From contig OZ024743.1 of NCBI GenBank assembly GCA_964016885.1, positions 281,356,001 to 281,420,000 of the forward strand: a DNA stretch of 64,000 bases, written 5' to 3'. The stretch's first letter is position 1, and the number at the start of each line of letters is the position of its first letter. The DNA is from Eledone cirrhosa (lineage: Eukaryota). The translations under genes were made by a program, and so were the position numbers. This document shows, piece by piece, positions 14,046 through 27,222 of this stretch. The notes under the pieces are model-generated. The model saw nothing but the letters and a program-made list of their open reading frames with translations, was not told the DNA's origin and ran no database searches.

Positions 14046-14676
14046 CGAGTGTGAGATAGGGGGGGGGGGGTGTCCTTTGTGAATGGTCCCCCGACGAACA
14101 TCGTGTACAGCTTTAGAAACAGCGTAACTCCGCGTGAATAAATTCGGCCATTTGTCCCGATACGGTTGGCTGGCTTTTGAATGCATTCCAAGACTGACAG
14201 ACCCCCCAAAGCGAACATAAATCAGTCTGATAATGCTTCAAAACACTGTAGATTTTCTGACAGCAATCACTTACGGCGAGTTTGGTTTGCTTCCACAATG
14301 CAGAGAGCGAGAGAGAGAGAGTGAGAGAGAGAGAGGCTTTACCTAAACACATTACACTCAACTCAGTGTACTTTTCCCCGTAAAGCATCGCCGTCATCGT
14401 TGCCGCCATAATACATACAACAAGCACAATGTGCACATGCGTGTAATTTTCGAAACGTTTATTTTCTCCATTGGAATATTTAGCCAGGAAATTGATAATA
14501 GCTATGTAGAACGTAGAAAATTACACGAGCAAATTTTTATTTGGTTTCTTGGGGGGGGGGGGGTATTTTATTTATTTATTTGTTTTTGTTTGTTGGTTGG
14601 ATTCTGTTATATTTTCGATTTTCGATTTTTTTTTGGTTAGTGTTTTTAGTGTACAAAGGAGTTTAGTTTACATAAT

Positions 14677-14715
<39 letters not shown>

Positions 14716-14717
<2 letters not shown>

Positions 14718-14875
14718 GTTATTCCGGGTTGAATCGGAGGTAACCACAGTAAGTAAGGTACTCAATACATAGCAGAGTATAACAGTTTTAATATAGATGA
14801 GATTCTACAGGACTAGAACTGTTTCATTCATTTGATTTCAAATGAATGAAACAGTTCTAGTCCTGTAGAATCTCA

Positions 14876-14882
<7 letters not shown>
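14716..14882 (+). mobile_element. Penelope-like fold-back remnant with perfect 45-bp-arm palindrome, in (TA)n
   Basis: Arms 14791-14835 and 14838-14882, 2-nt spacer; contains GAAACAGTTC (3' half of a hammerhead-like motif); one-sided tail related to 27405-27450. Confidence 0.65.
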
Positions 14883-14922
<40 letters not shown>

Positions 14923-15409
14923 AGTGTAATTTTCTACACAAAACGAAGGTTATAGAGAAAATTGAGGTTGGTAATGGCACATGGAATATATAAGAGACAG
15001 AATACTTTTTTGTGAAAAAACATAATTTTATAAGGTAAGGAAATAATAAAGGGTATAAAAAATGACCGGTTTCGATGGGTCTGCAAAAGCCATCTTTTCA
15101 AATGTTGATTAATATTAAGAAAAATTAATAATACGAAGAGTTAAAATTTGAGACTTGAAAATTCAAGTATAAAATTCATTGTGGGATTTCATAGCAGTTT
15201 TCATCTAGGTAGCAACAATTAACAAATTTAAACCAAAACTAAACGGGTTATCACCCCAATAGAATTGTCATAAAATATAAACACACATACGCACGGAATC
15301 ACTACTATTAAAGACCAGAGACCAATTCTGTAGAATCAGGTTTATTCATTGACAGACCATGCCTTTGTGTGACCAACACATCCATGTTAAACCCTGCACG
15401 TGCACACAC

Positions 15410-15603
15410 ATATATCTATATATATATGCGCACACAGAATTATTTTAATTTCACTGCCCCAACTTCTTATATTATGGAAAAAATATATGTCTGTATGTAT
15501 ATATATATATATATATTTGAAGGCCATTTCTCTGTGTGTGGGTGTATGTATGTGTGTGTGTGTGTGTGTGTGAGTATGTGTGTGCATGTGGATGTATGTA
15601 TTG

Positions 15604-15642
<39 letters not shown>

Positions 15643-15727
15643 GGGTATCTGGATGTATGCGTATGTGTATATATATATATATGCGTGTGTGTGTGTGTGT
15701 GTGTATATATATGTGTGTGTATGTGTG

Positions 15728-15760
<33 letters not shown>

Positions 15761-15814
15761 ATGTTTGTATGTGTGTATGTATATATATATGTGTGTGTGT
15801 ATGTATGTGTGGGG

Positions 15815-15898
<84 letters not shown>

Positions 15899-15949
15899 AT
15901 GTATGTGTGTATCTGGATGTATGTGTATGTATATATATGTGTGTGTGTG

Positions 15950-16004
<55 letters not shown>

Positions 16005-16075
16005 ATGTGTATATATATGTGTGTGTGTGTGTATGTGTGTATGTATATGTATGTGTGTGTGTATGTATGTATGTA

Positions 16076-16114
<39 letters not shown>

Positions 16115-16160
16115 GTATATGTATGTATGTGTGGATGAAGGTATGTGTGTATATATAGGT
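15410..16160. repeat. Compound (TG)n/(TA)n microsatellite expansion inside the PLE
   Basis: Direct reading; internal repeated anchor gtatctggatgtatg. Confidence 0.95.
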
Positions 16161-16465
16161 GTAAGTGCACTAAATCCTTTTCTATCACGCTCCACTCTCC
16201 TACCCATCACAGGAAGATATATATGTGTGTGTATATTGCTTCCACCCCCTCACTGACCAGCAGCTGGCGATTGCTAAATCTGACCTTTATAAAATAACCC
16301 ACACCCCAAATAACTTCTCATTCACTACCAGAAAGGGACACAGCAGTCAACCTGTTGTTGCTACCTAGATGAAAACTGCTATGAAATCCCACAATGAATT
16401 TTATACTTGAATTTTCAAGTCTCAAATTTTAACTCTTCGTATTATTAATTTTTCTTAATATTAAT

Positions 16466-16515
16466 CAACATTTGAAAAGATGGCTTTTGCAGACCCATCG
16501 AAACCGGTCATTTTT
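16466..16515 (+). ncRNA. Degenerate minimal type I hammerhead ribozyme motif (mirror copy 15064-15101, minus)
   Basis: TTGAAAA (vs CTGANGA), stem II GATGG..CCATC, GAAACCGGTC; core mutated, probably inactive. Confidence 0.6.
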
Positions 16516-16614
16516 TATACCCTTTATTATTTCCTTACCTTATAAAATTATGTTTTTTCACAAAAAAGTATTCTGTCTCTTATATATTCCATGTGCCATT
16601 ACCAACCTCAATTT

Positions 16615-16646
<32 letters not shown>

Positions 16647-16972
16647 CATATATATATGTATATGTGTATATCTATAAATATATATATGTGGGGGAGGAGG
16701 GGGTAGGTATAAGTATCTATAATGTCTACGTGGTCAAAAAGTTCGCTTCATAACCACATAATCCCGGATTCGATCTCACCTTGTCGTACTCGCATTTTGA
16801 GCAAATATCTTCTACCAAATTCAAAATACCCACGAAACGCCGTTTATCATTATAACGCCCCTACGACTACACAAGGATTTACGGGTCCATACATACATAC
16901 ACATATACATACATACACACATGCATACATACATACGTACGTACATACATACATGCATGCTTACATACATAT

Positions 16973-17552
16973 TAAAGATATGCTCTATTGTAGAAGTCAG
17001 CTGCCTACTTGATGTCAATGTGGTAAGAGGAGGATATCAACAGATCATTGATGAGGAGTTTGCTGATCCAGTATCCTAAATACACGTTCAGGTTTATACC
17101 CGTCATTATTAAAACTGGCAGTATCGGTAGAGGGTCGGACGCCATGCTTTCCAGCATAGTTACGTCCCTTTACGATCTGAGTTCAAATCCCGCCGAGGTT
17201 GACTTTGCCTTTCATCCTTACGGGGTCGATAAAATAAAGTACCAGTAATGCACTGGGTAATTGCTGGCCTTGTGCCTAAAGTAGAAACAATTATTAAAAC
17301 TACAGGTTATATACCAACCCGCCTGGACCAAAATATGACTGAACCTCCATTTGTGGAGAAAGAACGTAGTTCCTTAATTCATAAACTACAAATGGCCGCG
17401 ATATCTGGAACCTTCAAAATCTGTAAAACATGTTTACGATTCAAAGGATGAATGCTTACACAAGTGACGACGACAATTTCTTATTCTTTACAACCTTGCC
17501 ACCGGAAAGGTGGCCGGTCAAAAATATAAGCAAAATTATGAGAAAGAGAGAG
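16973..17552 (+). mobile_element. Dong/R4-clade (RLE) 3' fragment interrupted by a SINE
   Basis: KICSIVEVSCLLDVNVV, YTFRFIPVII and GTFKICKT match the 19821..20615 protein; SINE 17117-17289 with 12-bp TSD attattaaaact; (TACA)n on both sides. Confidence 0.8.
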
Positions 17553-17724
17553 CATACATACATACATGCATGCATACATACGTACGTACATATATACATG
17601 CATACATGCATACACACATACATACACACATACATACATACATACGTACATACATACATACATACATACATACATACATACATACATACATACATACATA
17701 CATACATACATACATACATACATG

Positions 17725-17951
17725 ATGGCTGCCCCCTCGTTATCGAGTATGGCCATTGCACGAGAAAAAAAAAAAATAAATAAATAAATAAAATAAAATA
17801 AAATAAAAAAATAATAATAATAATAATAATAAATAAATTTTAAAAAAAAGAAATATATATATATATATATATATATATACATGCATACATATATACATAC
17901 AAACATACATACACATACACTCACACATATACACACACATACATTAATAAC

Positions 17952-17985
<34 letters not shown>

Positions 17986-18064
17986 GCAATAATAATAATA
18001 ACGACAACAACAATAATAATATACATATTCATATATATATACACACACACGCACGCACATAAGC

Positions 18065-18126
<62 letters not shown>

Positions 18127-18715
18127 TAGCAATTAACAGTGCTGCGATCGAATGTGGCTTTTTAGCCCAGCCAATGATCTAAAATGTCTTGCACAGAGTC
18201 GGCAACCAAAACATTCACTGGGAATAGTCGGTTGTGGTTGGAGTTCGTGTACTTTTGCATGTCGCTTGAGCCCTCCTGCTGATTTACATTCTCTACCACA
18301 TATTTGGCAAGCATGATGAGTAGCATCTCCAACAGCAGCCTGGTAGTCAACTACTGGTCTTACTTTATGACTGCGAAGATGACTTTCGAGTCCAGCTTTG
18401 CTTAGGCAGAGTCTCGCACAGACGCTGCATGTCAGCACCATAGGAGGACCCTCGCCGTCTGGAAGTGCAACAGCAATGCCCTTCCTCACGTCCCGCTTTA
18501 CTTTCTCGTGTGCGATTCGAGATGCCTCAAAGGCAACTTTTCCCTCATATACAGTCTTTCTCCATTTATTACGATCAGCAGCAATATTTTCCCATGTATC
18601 AGCAGAGATGTTAGCGTCTTTCAGAGAGGCTTTCAAGGAATCCTTATACCTCTTTTTTTGGTTTATGTGGCGGTCGTTTTCCTTTAACCAACTCTCCATA
18701 GAAGAGTTGTTTTGA
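17725..18715 (-). mobile_element. RTE-clade LINE 3' end with three C2H2 zinc fingers and (TATG)n tail
   Basis: KQLFYGEL / KRYKDSLKASL..W..AADRNKWR; CSVCARLCLSKAGLESHLRSH, CQICGRECKSAGGLKRHAKVH, CRLCARHFRSLAGLKSHIRSQH; RTE-like terminal ctcgataacgag hairpin within 17725-17762 (assignment to the same element is inferred). Confidence 0.8.
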
Positions 18716-18747
18716 CATACATACATACATACACCTCCACTGACAGA

Positions 18748-18970
18748 CAACCAACCCGTTTGGACCAAAGTATGACTGAACTTGGATTTGCGGACAAAGA
18801 GCGCAGCTCCCTAATTCATAGTCTACAAATGGTGCGATAGCTGGCACCTTCAAAATTTGCAAAACGTTCTTGCGATTCAATAGATGACAATTTCTTTTCT
18901 TTTACAACCTTGCCACCAGGAAGGTGGCCGGTCAAAAAAATATACTCGAAATTAAGAGAAAGAGATAATA
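18748..18970 (+). mobile_element. Second short Dong/R4-clade 3' fragment
   Basis: Homologous to about 17310-17550, including hairpin CCACC..GGTGG; (TACA)n flanks. Confidence 0.8.
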
Positions 18971-19044
18971 TACATACATACATACATACATACATACATA
19001 CATACATACATACATACATACATACATACATACATACATACATA

Positions 19045-20852
19045 ACTTCTTTGTGGACGATCTGAAACTCTATGCCAAGAACATGGATGGGATGAAGAAA
19101 AATCTTGACCTGGTTGCAACGTTCTCAAAGGATATAGGAATGGAGTTTGGCCAAGATAAATGCTCATACATGACTGTAAAGCGGGGAAAAACAACAACCC
19201 AATCTAGCAACATTGTCATCAATGGTCTAACTGTTTCACCGATATCTGATGAGGACTGCTACAGATACCTGGGGATAGATGAGAACATATCCTATAATGG
19301 TATCTGTAATAAAGAACGCGTAACCAGGGAATACTACACCCGATTAAGAAAGATCTGGTCATTGGAACTCTCTGCGCAAAACAAAACAGTGACTCACAAT
19401 GTGTTTGCTGTGCCTGTCCTAACACCAACGTTTGGAATACTCAATTGGACAATAGACGAAATCCGAGCAGTTGATGTTGGAACTCGAAAAATACTGAACA
19501 ACACCGGAAACTTCCACATCAACAGTGACATAGACCGCCTTTACTTGAAACGTAAGCAGGGAGGCAGAGGCCTAACATCAGTCCAGACAACATTTGAATG
19601 TCGCATCATATCTCTCCGACAACATCTACGAACCTCGAAGCGTAGGAGCTCGCTTCTCGAGCAAGTCTATCTGCATGAAACAGATAAGATCATGAGAGTT
19701 GGGAAGGAACTCCTTGAGAGATATTCCCTGTGATAATCAAAAACTCACACCCAGAGATGTCGCTCAGCAGTATCGCAGTGAATCCATGGATAAAAACTGC
19801 ATGCCTATCAGCAAAAAATCATGCATGGATATGTTGCCAGGAAGCTCCAGAGTGAGAGTAATATAGATAAGGAAAGTAGTCTATCTTGGACCAACAACCG
19901 CTATATTGGCTCCCACTTTGAAGGATACGCTTTTGCAATCCAAGAACAGGAGATTAGCACGAAATACCTGATTCACAAAAGAGATAGGGATGCAGGCAAA
20001 ACACATAGATGTGATAACAAGTGCAGACTCTGCAGAACTAACATCGAGGATATCACCCATGTCATCAGCAGCTGCCCAAAGATGTCATCGCGGTACTATC
20101 TACCTATGAGGCATGATGTAGTGGCCAAAACACTGTACGATGCAGTTCGTAAAAAAGATAGCCCCGATAATAAACACATTAAAAGCTACAACAATGTGGA
20201 AGACATCCATGTACATAATATGAAAGAGTACTGGTGGAATGTTCCAGTAAAAACCCCAATAAAATGCAGGCATAACAGACCAGATATTATGATATGGGAC
20301 AGGAAGAAGAAAACATGCACAGTAGTGGAAATTAGCTGCCCAGCAGATGCCAATATAATATCAAAGATTAGTGAAAAGGAGAATATTTATGCAGAACTGA
20401 TGAGAAATCTGCAGATATTCCACCCTGATTACACCTTCAGATTTATGCCTGTGATTATTGGGGCACTGGGATATGTTAGTAACTGCCTCAATACAAATCT
20501 TGAGAAGCTAGGCTTCACAGGAACAGAAAGAACACAACTAGTTAGGAAACTACAAGTACAATCCATTAATGGAACAGTAAAAATATGTAAAACATTCCAA
20601 AAATGTTGCATCTAATAACTGCATATACACATGTACAGATACAAAGCATATACACATGCACACATACAACTCAAAACATACACATCCACACATACAATAA
20701 CATCCATATTTACACATGCATGCATGCAGACATACATACATATCTACCTAGTTGATGTTGTGTAAATTCCAATGAGAGAGTCTTGTGTCTATGTTAGAAA
20801 CCGACTCTCTCTCTATTGGTAAAACTTTGTGAAATTATAAAACCAGAAGAAC
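19045..20852 (+). mobile_element. 5'-truncated Dong/R4-clade non-LTR retrotransposon (RT C-terminus, CCHC, restriction-like endonuclease)
   Basis: FVDDLK, YRYLG, RLYLKRKQGGRGL, CRLC..EDITHVISSC, RHD, NRPDIMIWD..VVEISCP; one break near 19733; (TACA)n on both sides. Confidence 0.92.
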
Positions 20853-21618
20853 ATACATACATACATACATACATACATACATACATACATACATACATAC
20901 ATACATACACACATACATACATACATACATACATACATACACACATACATACATACGATGAACTAAGTACCAGAGTGCTGGGATCGATATAATCGACTAA
21001 AAAACCTTGAATGCGGTGACCCGGTCTAAAGACTAAAACCAATAAAAGAAAATAATATCTATTTTGAGTTTTTGACTAATCATGATTAACAATATTGATC
21101 CTCGAATTATTATCTTTATTGATTCAAAGTGGGAGTGGAAATTGTATCCATATTTCCTTACCAAGAATATTAGTAACGCAAACTAAGTGAGAAAATTACA
21201 ACGAAGTCGTCCGATTGTGGAGTCGACATGTCTAGAGTTAACCTCCTCTCTATGATAATTGTGAGTCAGTAGTTATTAAACAGTATACAAAGTCACAAGA
21301 AATCTAGACACACATGAGCAGACATGTATCAAAACATTAGACATATTACTACCTCTACACTCTCTCTTCTTTTGTGTGTAATGTTTATGATTGGGTGTAT
21401 TTAACATGGTGATAATGATTCATAGATCACAGACATAGTCAAATAGTTAACAAAGCTTACTTTACACTCAAGGGTTCTTGGCATAAAAAGAAAACATGAC
21501 ATACAAGAAAAATTAATTTTCTGTTGTATGAATATATCTGAAGACGAAGAACAGCAACAAGTACCAAGAAACTGTCAGACCCAAGGGCCTTGTTTCAGGG
21601 GGGTCCCAGGATACAAGC

Positions 21619-21649
<31 letters not shown>

Positions 21650-22389
21650 ACACACTTTTTCAAACGTCTATGTTTTATTTTTTTGTTTATTTGATATAAT
21701 AAATTCTTTTTAAGCTTATTTTTTTATATCTGAACTTCATTTGAATATATAAAATTTAATTAGCGTAAAATTTTACTTATGTGATAGGGTCCGGGAAAGG
21801 CACCATAAGCAAGTTATGCTCCTTTAAGAATCAACAAATGTTGGTTTGTCCCCCTCACATTTTAAAGGCAAACGAGACCCCTGGTCAGACCCATCCAGCA
21901 TTAAAAAAAACGGTCATGAAATCATTTTCTACTTTTGGCACAAGGCCAGCAGTTACCCCAGTGTATTACTGGTGCTTTATTTTATCGACCCTGTAAGGAT
22001 GAAAGACAAAATTAACCTCGGCGGAATTTGAACTCAGAACATAAAGGGCCGTAACTCTATGCTGCAAAGCATAGTGTCCGACCCTCTCCTGATACTACCA
22101 ATCCATGGTCATGAAATAATGATAAAAATGAATTACGATATTCATCCTTAAAACGAAGCATGGTACACCTGACGTTTCACCATACACGATATACATTCAG
22201 GACTTCTAAACTTAACCATGTACAAAACATGGTGGTTGACTTACGTGATAAAAAAAAGTGTAAAAGCTCAACACCCTCCAAGTCTGAACTCGGTGAGAGA
22301 GAGGGGTATAGTAAGACGGAGAAGAAAGATAAAGTGAGAGAAACAGGAGGAATGTAGGAACAGAGTGGAAGTAGATGGTATATAAAATT

Positions 22390-22775
22390 ATGGTTAATGA
22401 CCGAAAGAATACGATCGCGAATACAAGCAGCCGAAATGGGATTCCTCCGACGAGTCTTTAGAGTAACGTTACTCGATAAAGTGCGTAGCTCGGAGATCAG
22501 AGTCACTACTTCTCCAATTTGAGAGATCACTCCGATACTATGGACATGTGGTTAGAATGTCTCAGGAAAGAATCGCTGGACAGATTTTACGGGCAAAACA
22601 AATCGATGTAGACCCCAAGCAAGATGGTTGGATAGCATCCATGAGCTTGGCTGGTCATGCTTGGAGATCCAGCCGGATCAGTTGGAGACAGTTGCTGCTG
22701 AGAGGATCCGCTGGAGGGAGTGTTTGAGGACTCTTCCCCCAAGACCCACTCAAGAAGAAGGAGGAAGAGGAGGAG
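22390..22775 (+). mobile_element. RTE-clade LINE 3' fragment
   Basis: WLMTERIRSRIQAAEMGFLRRVFRVTLLDKVRSSEIR; homologous to 9690-10010. Confidence 0.75.
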
Positions 22776-23244
22776 GTTTTTAAAATAAAATTTCAGTAAT
22801 TAGATTGCAACCATGTTGGGACACTGCCATGAAGGGATTTAGTCGATCACACTTTTTCAAGTTTTGGTAATTATTTTATCACTCTCTTTTTGTCGAACCA
22901 CTAAGTTATAGATCATAAACAAGCAGTAAACTCTCACACACACATTTATACATACATACACATACAATTTCCACATACTGAATTTTACGAACTCCTTAAC
23001 CACACAGCCATGCTTGTGTTTACATTGCTTATACATTTTAATCCGTCCAGGAGTTAGATATATGACGTATCTTTACCGAAACACTGCCACTATACTCACT
23101 GTTATGTGTGCACTCTGGACATCGAGATGCAGTTTCAGAATCGCAAACTTATTATCTCATTGAGTGAGTGGGTCATGGTCGGAGATCGCTGAAATAACAT
23201 CATTGGCTTTCGTAAACTGTGTGTATATGTATATATATATATAT

Positions 23245-23518
23245 TTAAAAAAAGGAAAAGAATGACTTCACTTGTAGTTCTAAACAATTTAATTTAATTT
23301 TATATTATGATTTTACAATTTGGTTTTGTAGACCTAGTAAATATTTTGTTAACTTCGTTGGGAATATTTTTAAAGATTCTTACTAGGTCTACAAAACCAA
23401 ATTATAAAATCATAATATTATAAGATTAAATTAAATTGTTTAGAACTACAAGTGAAGTCATTCTTTTCCTTTTTTTTTAATATACCTAACTGTACCAAGG
23501 ATTTCACACATTCTCCAG

Positions 23519-23522
<4 letters not shown>
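23245..23522. repeat. Fold-back element (about 96-bp imperfect arms plus one-sided tail) in (TA)n, probable PLE remnant
   Basis: Arms 23245-23340 / 23380-23480; about 40-nt extra tail then (TA)n. Confidence 0.6.
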
Positions 23523-23573
<51 letters not shown>

Positions 23574-24736
23574 GAATCAAAGGTAAAGAGTGAATACAGA
23601 GGACAGCTAGAATCCTTGAAAACATCTTCCAGTTGCAGCAACAAATTAAGTCATGAATCAACAAGAGAACATCTAAGTGGACACATGGCATGCTAGAAAT
23701 AGCAGCCAATTTTCCCGCTCGGAATCTTTTAAAAAGAACACATTAGATAATGTAGTCATCCCTCTTTATCATTTTTTTGCCTGCCTTTCCATAGGTTGAA
23801 CAGAACTTTTTGAGGCAGTGTTTTATAGTTGAATATCGTTCCTGGCACCAACCCTTTTTTAGTTGCCTCGTATGACATACCAGAATACAAATAGTAGATA
23901 TTGACATGCACAATTAATTATGTGTGCCAAAAAAGAAGAGCCAGAAGTCACAGCAAGAATTCAATTGATAACCAAACTGTTATATCAGGGCTGTACTAGA
24001 AGTTAATCTTGTTGATACTAAGCCACCTGAAACCGGCTCTGGTCCTACGATACAAAACTGTCTGTTTTAAAATCATCATCATCACCATCACCATTTAACG
24101 TCTATTTTTCCACACTAGCATAACCTTCCATCATAATTTTACCTAAGAAATTTACTTCAAGTTATGTTCCAAACAAAATAATGAGAAAATACGTGCATTT
24201 TTTTTTTTTTTTTAATTATTTGAAGATTACAGGCAGTTCTTTTATTAGAAATATAACACCTTTAGTATTTACATTACTTTATATTTACTATAGTGAAGGC
24301 GTGTGGCTGAGTGCTAAGAGAATTGGATTTGCAATCGTAAGGTTGTGAGTTCGATTCCTGGACCAGGCGATGCGTTATGTCCTTGAGCAAGACACTTTAT
24401 TTCACGTTGCTCCTTCTACCTGGAGTTGCGACTGATAGATAGTATTAGCAATTGGAAAGACCAACGGAAACATTGTTCCCTCGGTCCGATTTGACGAAAG
24501 TCGATCGTTCCTTTTTATATTTACTATTGTATTTTCATGGTAAAGGCTTTATCTCGCATAATATCAAAGCAATGAGATTTTGATGTTATTTATTTTGAGA
24601 ATAATACCTTAACATTGGTATGAGCAGGTTTGAACAGGAAAACATTAGAGCATTCTGGCGGGATAGAGCCGGTTTAAATGCTAATATCAACAAATAAAAT
24701 CACAAACAAAGGGGCGGAGTTTTTTCAAAAAAATTT

Positions 24737-24754
24737 TTTATTTTTCTCTTTATT
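24737..24754 (-). terminator. Candidate GAR1 polyadenylation signals
   Basis: Minus-strand AATAAA at 24749-24754 and 24737-24742, 50-70 nt after the tandem TAA TAG stops. Confidence 0.6.
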
Positions 24755-24803
24755 ATAAAATGATGCTCTGCTTATGTACAAAAATATGGTCCTCGAAATC
24801 CTA

Positions 24804-25015
24804 TTACTTCGCACCAAAACCGCGTCTGAAACCACCACCACCACCCCCTCTGCTGAAACCACCACCACCCCCTCGGCCGAAACCCCCACCACCACCACGA
24901 CCTCTAAATCCCCCTCTACCACCACCAAATCCGCCTCTGCCCCCACCAAATCCACCCCGACCGCCACCCCTTCCGCCACCTCGTCCTCGTCCACCGCCAC
25001 GACCACCACCACGAC
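24804..25015 (-). CDS. GAR1: GAR1 last coding exon, C-terminal RGG/GAR domain
   Basis: Acceptor ctctttgtattttgcag, phase 1; GRGGGRGGGRGRGGG...RRGFGAK*. Confidence 0.9.
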
Positions 25016-25245
25016 CTGCAAAATACAAAGAGAGGAAAGTCAATAGTCAGATGTTTTCAGAGATGATAAATAAAAAGTAAGAAACACAAACCAAGTAAAT
25101 AATACATCCAATTCTATAGGGACAAATGCTGCTGTGATATCAGTGCCAATCCCTGTTTGAAGCAGGCAAAAAATAGGCTTCTTTCAAGACCTCCTTCTCA
25201 CATGTGCATTTAGATATGTGTGTGTGTATATATATATATATATAT

Positions 25246-27160
25246 AGACCCTATAGAGGGGTCAGCAGTACAAGTCAGCAGCAGCGTAGTAAGTAAGGCA
25301 ATCAAAGATATGAAGACGGGGAAACCGGTCCATCGGGTATAGCTGCCGAGATGCTGAAGGCAACTGGGTCGGTAGGTCACACCATAACCACACGTATTGT
25401 TAACAAGGTGTCATACCAAAGGATTGGTGCAGTAGCATCATTGTCAACTGCTACAAAGGTAAAGGTGATGCACTAGATAGAAGAAACTATAGAGGTATAA
25501 AACTGATGGACCAGGTCATGAAAGTAACAGAAAGAGTTATAGCACAGTTGATTAGGGACCGGGTGAAACTAGATGAGATGCAATTTGGGTTTGTACCAGG
25601 AAGAGGCACCACTGATGCCCTCTTCCTTGTGAGGCAGTTACAGGAAAAGTACCTAGCTAAAAGTAAGCCACTCTACCTGGCATTCGTCGATCTCAAGAAA
25701 GCCTTTGACAGAGTTCCCCGTGCTATAATCCGGTGGACTCTTAGAAAACTAGGAGTAGATGAATGGCTTGTGAAAGCTGTACAAGCCATGTATAAGGGAG
25801 CAGTCAGCAAAGTTATGATTAGCAATGAGTATAGCGAGGAATTTAGCGTACAGGTCGGTGTCCACCAGGGTTCTGTTCTTAGCTCTCTCCTGTTCATCGT
25901 AGTCCTGCAGGCAATAACAGAGGAGTTTAAGACCGGATGTCCATGGGAACTCCTGTATGCAGATGACCTCGCACTTATAGCTGAATCTATGGTAGAACTA
26001 GAGAAGAAATTCCAAACTTGGAAGGAGGGACTAGAAAGAAAGGGTCTCAGAGTCAACCTGACAAAGGCTAAGGTCCTTTGTAAGTAGACGAGGAAACAGA
26101 ACCCAGATCCCCTCAGGGAAATGGCCTTGCTCAGTATGTAGGAACTCCATTCTCTGCCCCAAATGCAAACAATGGGTACACAAGAGATGTAGCGGGATCT
26201 CAGGAAGCTTAACTAAGAATGTAGGCTTCACATGTAGCAGCTGTGCTGGGACAGCAAGCAGCAAACAACCACAGGAAACAAGGACCACCAAACTCTGGGA
26301 GGGCTCTGTAGAAACAGTAGACAGCTTCTGCTACCTAGGTGACCGAATTAGCAGTGGAGGTGGGTGTTCAGAAAGTACAATAACTAGGGTAAGAACAGGA
26401 TGGAAGAAGTTCAGGGAGCGACTGCCACTGCTAGCTGCAAAAGGCTTTTCCTTCAAAATGAAAGGCAGATGGTATGATGCGTGTATACGAACAGCAATGT
26501 TACATGGTAGTGAGACCTGGGCGCTGTCTGTGGAAGACTTGCGTAGATTAGAAAGAAACGAAGCCTGCATGCTCCGATGGATGCGTAATAGTAAAAATAC
26601 ACGAACGGCAAAGCATAAATGAATTGAGAGAGAGACTGAGCATAAGAGGAATCAAATGCTGTGTGCAGGAGAGTTGGTTGCGTTGGTATGGACATGTGAT
26701 GCGTATGAAGGATGACAGCTGCATAAAAAGGTGTAGAGCACTAGAAGTCGATGGAGTGGAGAGACCCAAGAAGACCTGGGATGAGGTGATAAAAGCCGAC
26801 CTTACCCAATTACACCTCTCAAAGGCGATGACACACGACCGTGACCTCTGGCGTCACGCAGTAATACAGAAGACCCAACCCCCCACGGGTACAAGCCGAA
26901 GTTGAAGCATATAGACAATATGCCCCCACACCCTCCCACTGTAAAGTGGACGTGTAGGCGCCACGGAAAAAAGCACTCAGCACTCACTGTAAATGAGGTT
27001 GGTGTTAGGAAGGGCATCCAGCTGTAGAAATCAAGCCAGAATCAGTTCCCGTATGAGCAAGGCATGGTCAGCCGACCGGACACTGCCCACAAAAGGACAA
27101 CTCGTCTAACCCATGCTAGTGTGGAAGAACGGACGTAAAATGATGATGATGATGATGATA
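25246..27160 (+). mobile_element. 5'-truncated RTE LINE with PHD-like insertion, decayed
   Basis: QFGFVPGRGTTDA, AFVDLKKAFDRVP, GVHQGSVLS, LLYADDL, LRWYGHVMRM; (GAT)n tail. Confidence 0.92.
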
Positions 27161-27222
27161 TAATGTTTCTACTTTTGGCACAAGGCCAGCAATTACCCCA
27201 GTGCATTACTGGTGTATATATA

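Larger units (their letters stand above)
14919..16619 (+). mobile_element. 5'-truncated Penelope-like element (PLE) with inverted pseudo-LTR, ORF C-terminus and hammerhead-like motif
   Basis: 265-bp inverted repeats 14954-15218 / 16355-16619, identical by eye; extra 35-nt tail only on the inverted copy; INKFKPKLNGLSPQ* at 15218-15262 resembles the end of PLE GIY-YIG domains; (TA)n on both sides. Confidence 0.8.

Noticed and set aside
15369-16256. Long ORFs rich in C/V/Y/I/H/T (also near 17430-18130, 33100-33700, 63096)
   Set aside because: Translations of (TG)n, (TA)n and (TACA)n microsatellites, which lack stop codons in several frames
18133-18768. Host C2H2 zinc-finger gene
   Set aside because: Fingers follow RTE ORF C-terminal motifs; the N-terminus of the listed ORF is microsatellite and an antisense Dong fragment
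24760-25080. Plus-strand proline-rich and Ser/Thr-rich ORFs
   Set aside because: Antisense shadows of the GAR1 RGG exon
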